From a virus: 64,000 bases of DNA. Position 1 is the first letter of the stretch. The number at the start of each line of letters is the position of its first letter. The stretch covers positions 41,757-105,756 of the IMG/VR virus record IMGVR_UViG_3300037011_001068; one strand, given 5' to 3'. The notes under the pieces are model-generated. The model worked only from the letters and a program-made list of their open reading frames with translations. It was not told the origin of the DNA and searched no databases. Shown piece by piece: positions 18,464 to 26,029 of the stretch. A program made the position numbers and the translations under genes.

Positions 18464-18694
18464 ATGAACACAAAAGCGGAAGGTGACGCTATTGCAGAAG
18501 AAAGAGCAGAGTTTTTCAGGAGAGCGGAAGCGGAAGCTATTGCAGAAGAAAGAGCAGAGTTTTTCCTGAGAGCGGAAGCGGAGTATGACCGCACGCACCC
18601 TCCCATTCCCGGGCCGGGTCCGAGGGAGCGGCTCATTGTGGGGCGTCGTGCGCTCCCTACGGGGGATGGTGTGTCCGCGCAAACGAGGGATTGA
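18464..18694 (+). CDS. hypothetical protein with internal duplication
   Basis: AIAEERAEFFxRAEAE twice. Confidence 0.55.
   Translation: MNTKAEGDAIAEERAEFFRRAEAEAIAEERAEFFLRAEAEYDRTHPPIPGPGPRERLIVGRRALPTGDGVSAQTRD
18488..18583. repeat. 48-bp tandem duplication
   Basis: two 48-nt units (18488, 18536) differing at 3 positions. Confidence 0.9.
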
Positions 18695-19686
18695 TGGCTA
18701 TGTCACATACAAGACCAGTTGAGCTCATGCGAGCAATGGCAGAGAAATATCCCAATGCATGGAAGGAGTATGCGGACTTTCGGGCGCGTAAAGGCTCCCC
18801 AGATTTCGATGATTGGCCATCGTGGTGCTGGGTGCCCCTTCATGGCGCTTATGCGATCATTTCTGGAGGGGGTGATGAAAAAGTGCCAGATACAATGTTA
18901 AACGACGTATCAATCCTTGGGGCTGTTGCGGCCTGGAGGCAAACCCAAGGTGTTTATCATATTGATGTTGATCTAGCATTAGAGCTTCTTGAAGTTCCAT
19001 TCTCTGGTGAAATTCCTTCCGAGGTTCTTTTTTGCCTTCCGGAATGGTGTGTGTATGTTGAGCTAAGTGAAGAGGTTTCTTTTTTTGCTCATCTCGATTG
19101 GGATGTCAGTGAGCAACATGCAGAGTTACGGGTTGTTTTATTGAGGAGCGATCGTAAACCTATGCCTATTGTTGCTCATATTTATTCTAAATCAACAATT
19201 GAGGAAATGGTCATTGGCACGGAGAGAGAAATAGAGAAGTTGGGTCTCATGGTTGATGCGGTTAGAAATTTACGCGATCACATCATTTGTACTTTGCGTA
19301 CTATTATTCCTGTGCTTCTTTATCTCTGTTCAGATAAGCCTGATATAATCGATCGTGCTGGAAAGAGGAGAAAGCCGGGTCCTCCTCCACCTGTATCAAC
19401 CGCTACTGGACATAAGTTCTTTCCGCCTGCAAATCCAACGCAATGGGATGTTGGATATAAGGTAGGAGCGGTGTTAAGAAGTCACAAGGCAGCAGAGTCA
19501 ATTCGAGGAGAGGGAACGCATGCGTCACCGAAGCCCCATGTCAGGCGAGCGCATTGGCACTCTTACTGGACAGGCCCTCGGGACGATCTTGAGAAGCGAA
19601 GTATCGTGCTGAAATGGATACATCCTCTCCTGGTAGGAGGCGATAAGATCATTCCCACGGTTTATCAGGTAAAGAAGGATCCTTAG
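18694..19686 (+). CDS. AcrVA2-family (FinQ-related) anti-CRISPR homologue
   Basis: AWR.TQGVY, LPEWCVYV, LLYLC..PDI, PHVRRAHWHSYW.G motifs match AcrVA2. Confidence 0.8.
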   Translation: MAMSHTRPVELMRAMAEKYPNAWKEYADFRARKGSPDFDDWPSWCWVPLHGAYAIISGGGDEKVPDTMLNDVSILGAVAAWRQTQGVYHIDVDLALELLEVPFSGEIPSEVLFCLPEWCVYVELSEEVSFFAHLDWDVSEQHAELRVVLLRSDRKPMPIVAHIYSKSTIEEMVIGTEREIEKLGLMVDAVRNLRDHIICTLRTIIPVLLYLCSDKPDIIDRAGKRRKPGPPPPVSTATGHKFFPPANPTQWDVGYKVGAVLRSHKAAESIRGEGTHASPKPHVRRAHWHSYWTGPRDDLEKRSIVLKWIHPLLVGGDKIIPTVYQVKKDP

Positions 19687-19712
19687 GAGTTTCTGGATCG
19701 GGAGCCTAGGGA

Positions 19713-20009
19713 TTAGAGATTCTTTTCCACGATACATTCAATAATGGATACCATGGGGACTCCTTTCTCCGCGGCTGCTAAGCGCAGCCGTTTATGGAGC
19801 TCGGCAGAGATATCGAGCGTGACCCGGCGGACTTCGCGTTTGCTGGGTTTTTTTTGTGGAGAAGAATTTATGGACGAGAATTTGACCTCTTCGGGTTTTG
19901 CGAGTGCTGCGGGCTCTGCGGGCTCTGCGGTATCCAAGGGAACCTCGGTGCCTTGCACCCAGGAGTCGGCGGAGGCCTTCGGGGGGATGATGATTTTTTT
20001 CTGGGTCAT
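19713..20009 (-). CDS. ParG-like RHH partition protein
   Basis: flexible N-terminus plus [23 protein letters not shown]; coupled to parA. Confidence 0.8.
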   Translation of the reverse strand: MTQKKIIIPPKASADSWVQGTEVPLDTAEPAEPAALAKPEEVKFSSINSSPQKKPSKREVRRVTLDISAELHKRLRLAAAEKGVPMVSIIECIVEKNL

Positions 20010-20644
20010 GACATGTACCCTTTCACGATTTCTGAGAGTACGGCGAGGATTTCTTGGGCGGCCTTGTTGTCGTCGGTCAGCGGTTGCTCCAAGACCGTGC
20101 TTCCAGAGCTCGCGGTTTCAGCAAAGCTGACCCGCTGGCAAATAGAGGCTGCAAGGACAGGGAGCTGGTATTCCGCGAGAGCGCTTGCCACGTCTCGTCC
20201 AATTGCGGTTCCGACGATTTTTCTGTTCACCACGAAGGCGCATTTCATTTTGGGGTTGTAGATGGCTGCTTCTTTGGCGAGATTCACTACGTCCTGAGCG
20301 GCCCATACGTCGTAGGGGGAGGGCTGGACGGGGATCAAGATGAGGGCGGAGGCGAGCATGGCGCTCCGCACAAGTTCTGTGGTCCGTGGGGGTCCGTCCA
20401 CGATGACGTGATCATACCCTTTTGCGATGCCGTCGAGGTCTCGGTGGAGGACCGGTCGATCCATCGCGACGACCGAGAAGAGGGGCGCGATTTGGCGGGT
20501 GGCGAGCCAATCCCGGGCGCTCCCTTGGGGGTCCGCGTCCACGAGGAGGACTTTGTGGTGCCGGAGCGCGAGCCCGGTTGCGAGGTGGAGAGCGACGGTG
20601 GTTTTTCCGACGCCTCCCTTTTGGTTCAAAATAGCGATGTGCAT
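20006..20644 (-). CDS. parA: ParA/ParF type Ib partition ATPase
   Basis: [32 protein letters not shown]; start ATG 20644 after GAAAGGA. Confidence 0.93.
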   Translation of the reverse strand: MHIAILNQKGGVGKTTVALHLATGLALRHHKVLLVDADPQGSARDWLATRQIAPLFSVVAMDRPVLHRDLDGIAKGYDHVIVDGPPRTTELVRSAMLASALILIPVQPSPYDVWAAQDVVNLAKEAAIYNPKMKCAFVVNRKIVGTAIGRDVASALAEYQLPVLAASICQRVSFAETASSGSTVLEQPLTDDNKAAQEILAVLSEIVKGYMS

Positions 20645-20668
20645 GATTACTCCTTTCAGTGGTACAGT

Positions 20669-20700
20669 AAATCCAGAAATCCAGTATTCTGGATTTCCGG
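20669..20700. promoter_or_regulatory. inverted/direct repeat upstream of parA (operator or parS candidate)
   Basis: CCAGAAATCCAG-TATT-CTGGATTTCCGG, 12-bp arms with 1 mismatch. Confidence 0.65.
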
Positions 20701-20746
20701 GTGCTAGGTGTATCGGAGCGCGTTCTTGGAAGCAAGGAAATAATGC

Positions 20747-20775
20747 TTGACATAGGAGGCAATTTGCCTCATAGT
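20747..20775 (+). promoter_or_regulatory. sigma70-type promoter with palindromic operator (copy 3)
   Basis: 28 nt identical to copy 1; TTGACA-17bp-CATAGT. Confidence 0.8.
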
Positions 20776-20800
20776 GAAGGATGAGGTAAAGGAGGCGACC

Positions 20801-21178
20801 ATGAAGCGGTATCGGACGATTGAAGAGGTGACGGTCCAGCGGTGGTATTACGTGGCGGATGGCGCTGTGGACCATATCTGTCAGCAGTCGGAAGTGATGG
20901 GCCCCTACTCGTGCCGGCCGGACAAGTCGGAAGAGATGGCTATTCGGTGGGTGGATGCGGATGGGTATCTCTACATTGAGCAACCTCAGTATAAGTGGAG
21001 GATCGTGGCTCGTTACAAGCAGTGGATTGGGAAGAGCGATCCAAGTAATTTTGGACAGTTTTTTGTCTATTCTAATGATCCTTCGTGGTTGCACGAACAC
21101 GCGAACAAGTTAAAATCTCGCGGACACAAAGTATACCGAATAGAGAAGGTTCTTTACATAGGAAGAGGTGTTTCATGA
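20801..21178 (+). CDS. hypothetical protein
   Basis: AAGGAGG RBS. Confidence 0.7.
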   Translation: MKRYRTIEEVTVQRWYYVADGAVDHICQQSEVMGPYSCRPDKSEEMAIRWVDADGYLYIEQPQYKWRIVARYKQWIGKSDPSNFGQFFVYSNDPSWLHEHANKLKSRGHKVYRIEKVLYIGRGVS

Positions 21179-21447
21179 AACGAGAACAGGCGAAAAAGAT
21201 GTCGGGTGTGCATTTAGAGGAGTATCTGGATGCGTTTCACCAGGAGACTTCACTGCGATTATCAAAGGCGGAGTTTCAGCGCGTGCTGGAAGAATTCTTT
21301 TTCCTAACATTTGATGCTTATGTTGGCGGAGAGGGGGATCGAGCGGAGGCTTGGGATAAGTTCGAGAAATGGTTATGGGGAAAAAATACGAATATATCGC
21401 CGATTGCGGTATTTCGGGCAGTGGATAATGTGGATTCCTACACGTAA
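21175..21447 (+). CDS. hypothetical protein
   Basis: ATGA overlap, GAGG RBS. Confidence 0.65.
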   Translation: MKREQAKKMSGVHLEEYLDAFHQETSLRLSKAEFQRVLEEFFFLTFDAYVGGEGDRAEAWDKFEKWLWGKNTNISPIAVFRAVDNVDSYT

Positions 21448-21466
21448 AACGTAAAGGAGGTTTCTA

Positions 21467-21715
21467 ATGACATTGAAAGAAATTTTGAAGCACGCACGCA
21501 TGCTGGCTTTTGCGGGTGCGGAAAGCCTGCAATCGTTGGATGAAGTTGAGATGCTCGGTGATTAGCATTTGGAAATTTTGGAGCTTGCGGTGGAGGACCT
21601 CGGACGCGCGAAGGAGGAAATCGAGGTTCTTCTGGGGAGGATTCGGAAAGAATGCGAGGGCGCTTTTACCGACGCGGCAACGCGGACTGGAATGTACGAT
21701 CGCGACGAGGGTTGA
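21467..21715 (+). pseudogene. helical small gene with in-frame TAG at 21563
   Basis: AAGGAGG RBS; MTLKEILKH..LGD*HLEILELAVEDL.. continues to TGA just before the PHP gene. Confidence 0.5.
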
Positions 21716-21719
21716 GGCT

Positions 21720-22409
21720 ATGCGGATTGATCTTCACATCCACACCCAGGGAAGCGATGGCATCGGGAGGCCTTCGGAGATTGCCGAGGCGGCGGTCCGG
21801 GCTGGGCTCGAGGGGATTGCCATCACGGACCACCATCGCACACGGACTAAGGCGGGCGAGCAAGTGGCGGAGGCGTGCCGGGCGCGAGGCCTTCTCGTGG
21901 TCCGCGGGGCGGAGTATTCGGCAGCCGAGGGGCATGTTTTGGTTTTCGGGGTGGCAATGGAGGACCTCGCTTTTGGGTTCTATGCCCCCATGCAGACCGT
22001 GATTCAGCGGGCATGGGAAGCCGGTGGGGTGGCTATCCCGGCTCACCCCTACCACGGATACCGTTCTTGCCTTGGGAGTGGTCTAGCGGCCCTCTCTGGC
22101 CTTGTGGCGGTGGAGACCTTCAACGGCCAGGTGGAGACTCGTTCCCCGGAGGAAAATTGGATGGCTCGGGTGGCGGCGCAGGCGATGGGCCTTCCAGGGG
22201 TGGGCGGGAGCGACGCTCATTTTCCTCTGGCTGTGGGGCGATGCTTTACCCACTTCCAGGGGCAATTTCTGGACGCTCGGCAGGTAGTGGCGGCACTTCG
22301 GGGAGGGCAAGGATTCTTGGCTTGCGCCAGAGTGCTGGACAAGTCCGCAATTTTGAAGCAAAACAAAAGGTATGGACGTGCAATTCTCAGTAAAAAGAAA
22401 GCCAGTTGA
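21720..22409 (+). CDS. PHP-family phosphoesterase
   Basis: DLHIHT..SDG, AITDH, GAEYS..GH, PAHPY, GGSDAH. Confidence 0.9.
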   Translation: MRIDLHIHTQGSDGIGRPSEIAEAAVRAGLEGIAITDHHRTRTKAGEQVAEACRARGLLVVRGAEYSAAEGHVLVFGVAMEDLAFGFYAPMQTVIQRAWEAGGVAIPAHPYHGYRSCLGSGLAALSGLVAVETFNGQVETRSPEENWMARVAAQAMGLPGVGGSDAHFPLAVGRCFTHFQGQFLDARQVVAALRGGQGFLACARVLDKSAILKQNKRYGRAILSKKKAS

Positions 22410-24933
22410 GCGAAGGCCTATTAAGAGGCAGCCTATCCTCGCTCCAGAGAATTCAGAAAATTCAAAAATAGACCCGCTGGGTAGCCAAAAGCTTCTCCGC
22501 GCTTCGTGCGCTTTTTTCGCGCAGGATGTCTTGGGGGGTCCAGCAATTGCCCCCTACCATGGGCGGTTTCTTGTGAGTGAGCATCACGAGGAATGGGATG
22601 ACTTGATAGTCCGGTATCTTCGTCTGGTGATTCTCGCTCCTCGGGACCATGGAAAATGTGGGCGAGGGAATGAGCTTCTGCTCGCGGCGGATGGATCTCG
22701 TGTGCGGCTGGATCAGTGGCAGGGGGGTTATCTCTGGGTGTATAGGGAGCAGGATCAATCTTTCGTTCCGGTGTACGCTCCGAAATCTCGGAGAAATGGA
22801 GTGCATCCTGTATACGCCGTGAGAACACGCACGGGGCGAGAGCTCGTTGTTACGGGCAATCATCGTTTTCTTTTAGAAGACGGTTGGAAGGAGACAGCAG
22901 AGCTCCTGGTCGGGGATCGGATTGCATTGGCGCAGAGGATCCCTTCCCCCAAAGGGCTTCCTTGTTCTAATGCTTGGATTCTTGGGTTGCTGTTAGGAGA
23001 CAAGGGGATTTTTGGGAAAGAGGTTGCAAGTAAACGTGTTCCAGCAATTATTTTTCAGGCGCGAAAAACGGATATAGCAGATTTTTTGGGTGGGTATTTT
23101 GATTCGAGTGGGGTGCTGAATTTTTATGGCGGAGGGTCGCTTGAATTCTGTTCGAGATCAGAAGGATTGCTTCAAGATGTGCAGCATTTGCTTGGTCGTT
23201 TTGGCATCATCGCGTCTTTAAGCTCCAAGGTTGAAACGCATATCGGAGAGTCATACTACTCTTTTCGATTGGTCGTTTGTGGTACTGATGTTTTCCGTTT
23301 TGCAGAGGCAATTTCTTTGCAGAGCAGCAAGCGGATGGTACTCAAAAAGCTTGTGGCGGAGCAAAAGAAACGAGGCATTTCTACTGAGTCTTCCGCTTCT
23401 CAATGGAAAGGGGATCAACCTATTTTTTGGGATGAGGTCATGGCGGTTGAGGCGCAAGCGCCCTGCATGACTTGGGCTCTTCAGGTTCCTGATACCCAGA
23501 CATACCTAGCGAATGACATCGTAAATCATAATACTTATTTTTTTGATTTCGCTTACGTTATTTGGAAAGCGTGGAGCAATCCAGGAGGAACAGGGTTCAT
23601 TTTCTCGGCCACAAAACCGCAAGCAGAGAGAATTTTAGAGGACATAAAGAATGAAATTGAGAATAACCCCAAGCTTGCACATCTAGTTCCGAATGAGCAG
23701 AAAGGGCGGAAGTGGAGCTCTGGGTACATTCGGCTCTCGAATGGGCATCGTATTTATGCTAGAGGCTATGGGTCGCGTGTTAGAGGGGCGCACCCTGATT
23801 ATATAATCGTGGATGATGGGATCAATGATGAATCACTTTACTCAGAAATGGTCAGAAAAAAGCAATCGGACTATTTCTTTACCGCTATCTCTAACATGAT
23901 TATCCCCGGTGGACAAATTTTAGTGGTGGGAACGCCTTTTCATTCAAGCGATCTGTATGGGGAGCTCCAGAGTAACCCGGAGTATGAGTTTCGGAAGTAC
24001 CCTGCCATCAAATCTGATGGTACACCGCTTTGGCCTGATCGATATTCTATTGGGCGACTAGAGGCCAAGAAGAGAGAAATTGGTACAATTCGGTTTACGC
24101 GAGAATTCATGGTGGACCCGGTGTCGGACGATATGAGTCTTTTTCCTATCGGGCTCTTCCGCGGGCAGCAGGTGGAGCTCTTCCATGTACGGCTAGGGAT
24201 GCCTCTGGATTTCTGGAAGCGGGCTGGTGTGATCCCTTACATGGCGGCGGATTTCGCGATTTCCTCGAACGTCAAAGCAGACTACTTTGTGATTTTCGTG
24301 TTGGGGCTCGACAAGTTTGGCAATCGCTGGATCATCGATATTGCGCGGCATCATGGGATGTCCTATCAAGATCAGCTCTCCGAGATCAATCGGCTGGGGC
24401 GAAAATACGAGCCAGCTCTTATTTTCCTCGAGTCTAATCAAATGCAGCGAATCTTTGGGGATGAGCTCATTCGGACTACTGATCTTCCGATTCGGAAATT
24501 CGAGACCACCGCGGCGAAGAACGCTCTCGATAAGGGGGTGCCTTCTCTTAGGGTACTCTTGGAGAATGGCAAGGTGCGTATCCCTCGGGGGGACAAGCAA
24601 TCGGTGGAGCTGACCGATCAGTGGATTGGGGAGATGCACGCCATCACTTTTTCTGAGGGCAAGGTGCATAGTACGGCTCCACACGATGATACCGTGATGG
24701 CTTTTTGGATTTGTGATCAAGCCATTAGGCACGGAGGGTTTCAGTTTACGTTTGGCGAGGAGTACGGGGAGCCTACGCAGGAGGGATTTCAGGAGCTCAT
24801 GCAGGAGCTCACGGGGGAGGACTCTTCCCAGAAAAAGGATGTAGGAACCCCGGCAGCCGTTTCGACGGTCTCTTTGGTTGACGAGGCGGTGGATATCGAG
24901 GCTAGAGGCTATCCAGAATTGGGGTATGTGTAG
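22372..24933 (+). CDS. terL: terminase large subunit, intein-containing
   Basis: APRDHGK|T Walker A, RGAHPDYIIVDD, VVGTP, nuclease DFA and HDDTVMA. Confidence 0.93.
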   Translation: MDVQFSVKRKPVERRPIKRQPILAPENSENSKIDPLGSQKLLRASCAFFAQDVLGGPAIAPYHGRFLVSEHHEEWDDLIVRYLRLVILAPRDHGKCGRGNELLLAADGSRVRLDQWQGGYLWVYREQDQSFVPVYAPKSRRNGVHPVYAVRTRTGRELVVTGNHRFLLEDGWKETAELLVGDRIALAQRIPSPKGLPCSNAWILGLLLGDKGIFGKEVASKRVPAIIFQARKTDIADFLGGYFDSSGVLNFYGGGSLEFCSRSEGLLQDVQHLLGRFGIIASLSSKVETHIGESYYSFRLVVCGTDVFRFAEAISLQSSKRMVLKKLVAEQKKRGISTESSASQWKGDQPIFWDEVMAVEAQAPCMTWALQVPDTQTYLANDIVNHNTYFFDFAYVIWKAWSNPGGTGFIFSATKPQAERILEDIKNEIENNPKLAHLVPNEQKGRKWSSGYIRLSNGHRIYARGYGSRVRGAHPDYIIVDDGINDESLYSEMVRKKQSDYFFTAISNMIIPGGQILVVGTPFHSSDLYGELQSNPEYEFRKYPAIKSDGTPLWPDRYSIGRLEAKKREIGTIRFTREFMVDPVSDDMSLFPIGLFRGQQVELFHVRLGMPLDFWKRAGVIPYMAADFAISSNVKADYFVIFVLGLDKFGNRWIIDIARHHGMSYQDQLSEINRLGRKYEPALIFLESNQMQRIFGDELIRTTDLPIRKFETTAAKNALDKGVPSLRVLLENGKVRIPRGDKQSVELTDQWIGEMHAITFSEGKVHSTAPHDDTVMAFWICDQAIRHGGFQFTFGEEYGEPTQEGFQELMQELTGEDSSQKKDVGTPAAVSTVSLVDEAVDIEARGYPELGYV
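22657..23532 (+). mobile_element. intein (292 aa) in TerL Walker A with degenerate LAGLIDADG domain
   Basis: Cys start, TGNH block B, terminal HN followed by Thr; LGLLLGDKG and FLGGYFDSSG. Confidence 0.9.
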
Positions 24934-24997
24934 CCTAGCCCTTTTCTAAATTCTGGATTTTCGGTAAGCTGATCTCATCATTGGAGAGGACAAGGCC

Positions 24998-26029
24998 ATG
25001 CCAGTTAACGTCGTCAAGACACCGCGCGATGAACGGCTGTGGGACAAAGCAAAAAAGCAAGCGGAAAAGCAGGGGCACACGAAGGATTGGGCTTATGTGA
25101 TGGGGATTTACCAGCACATGAAGGGGATCTCCAAAAGCGAAGATCTCGGTAAGAGTATGGTTCTTCCACGGGCGGCAGAGTACCGCATTCCAGGTCAGGT
25201 GCCCACTCAGGCAGCGATTGCTTCCTTGGCCGGGCTCACAGCGAGGCCCGCGCCTATGAGTGAAGCGCGCTTCCTCGCGCAGAGTGGCCATCATTTTTCG
25301 GTCGATTCGGTGGTGCAGGGGCTCGGGTTGAATCTGCAGGGGCAAGCGTATTGGAAAAAAGCGCTTGAGGACATCATTTATGGAAGTAAAAATGAGCTTG
25401 TCCTCAAGCAGCGTTTGATCGAGAGGCTTATCCAAGAAAAGGCTGATCTCGGACTCCGGAAAGCGCTTTATGAGCGCGCGGTGATTCACTGGAAGGACAC
25501 GATCCAGAAATCGCTTGTTCAGGTGGTGCCTGTGGAGGAGCTTCAGGGGGAGGTACTCGAGAAGGCGGAGCCGCGGGGCGGGCAATATCATAAGCGCATT
25601 CCTCGAGGAGACGGTGGGTACACATACATCTATGATCCAGCAAAATACCAGGCGCGGAAGGATGCCCATGTGGACGGAAAAGAAGCGCGGAAGGGCCATA
25701 TTATAAGGCATATTGAGAAGCGGGTGCGGCGTGCAGGAAAGAATGGACTCCATATTTCGGAGCTCGCGGACTTGAGCACTAAGCATGGTGCGGATGCGGT
25801 CGCCGAGGTGCTGAAGGATCATTGTGACCGAGGTGTATTCGCGTTTGAGAAGGGGAGCGGGACTTTCACGCGAGCGCGCAATCGCTTTGTTGAGCGGCGG
25901 GGTCCGGTCGTGATCAATCTGGACAAAAAGAATCCCCGAAAGGGGAAAGGCGAGAAGCTACCGAAACCGACAACCAATTTGCCGGGGAGCAAGCCTGAAA
26001 ATGCGAGCCAGTATAAACCGAAAATTTGA
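24998..26029 (+). CDS. head-associated hypothetical protein
   Basis: several hydrophobic-x-K-S/A sites; LEKA followed by RGGQYHKRIP..YTYIY tag. Confidence 0.7.
   Translation: MPVNVVKTPRDERLWDKAKKQAEKQGHTKDWAYVMGIYQHMKGISKSEDLGKSMVLPRAAEYRIPGQVPTQAAIASLAGLTARPAPMSEARFLAQSGHHFSVDSVVQGLGLNLQGQAYWKKALEDIIYGSKNELVLKQRLIERLIQEKADLGLRKALYERAVIHWKDTIQKSLVQVVPVEELQGEVLEKAEPRGGQYHKRIPRGDGGYTYIYDPAKYQARKDAHVDGKEARKGHIIRHIEKRVRRAGKNGLHISELADLSTKHGADAVAEVLKDHCDRGVFAFEKGSGTFTRARNRFVERRGPVVINLDKKNPRKGKGEKLPKPTTNLPGSKPENASQYKPKI

Noticed and set aside
17931-18583. Diversity-generating retroelement or regulatory repeat array
   Set aside because: Repeats are in-frame coding duplications; no reverse transcriptase in the window and no adenine-specific TR/VR pattern.
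20645-21100. N-terminal extension of ParA in the ORF track
   Set aside because: Real start is ATG 20644 with RBS; the extension overlaps a divergent promoter and gene.
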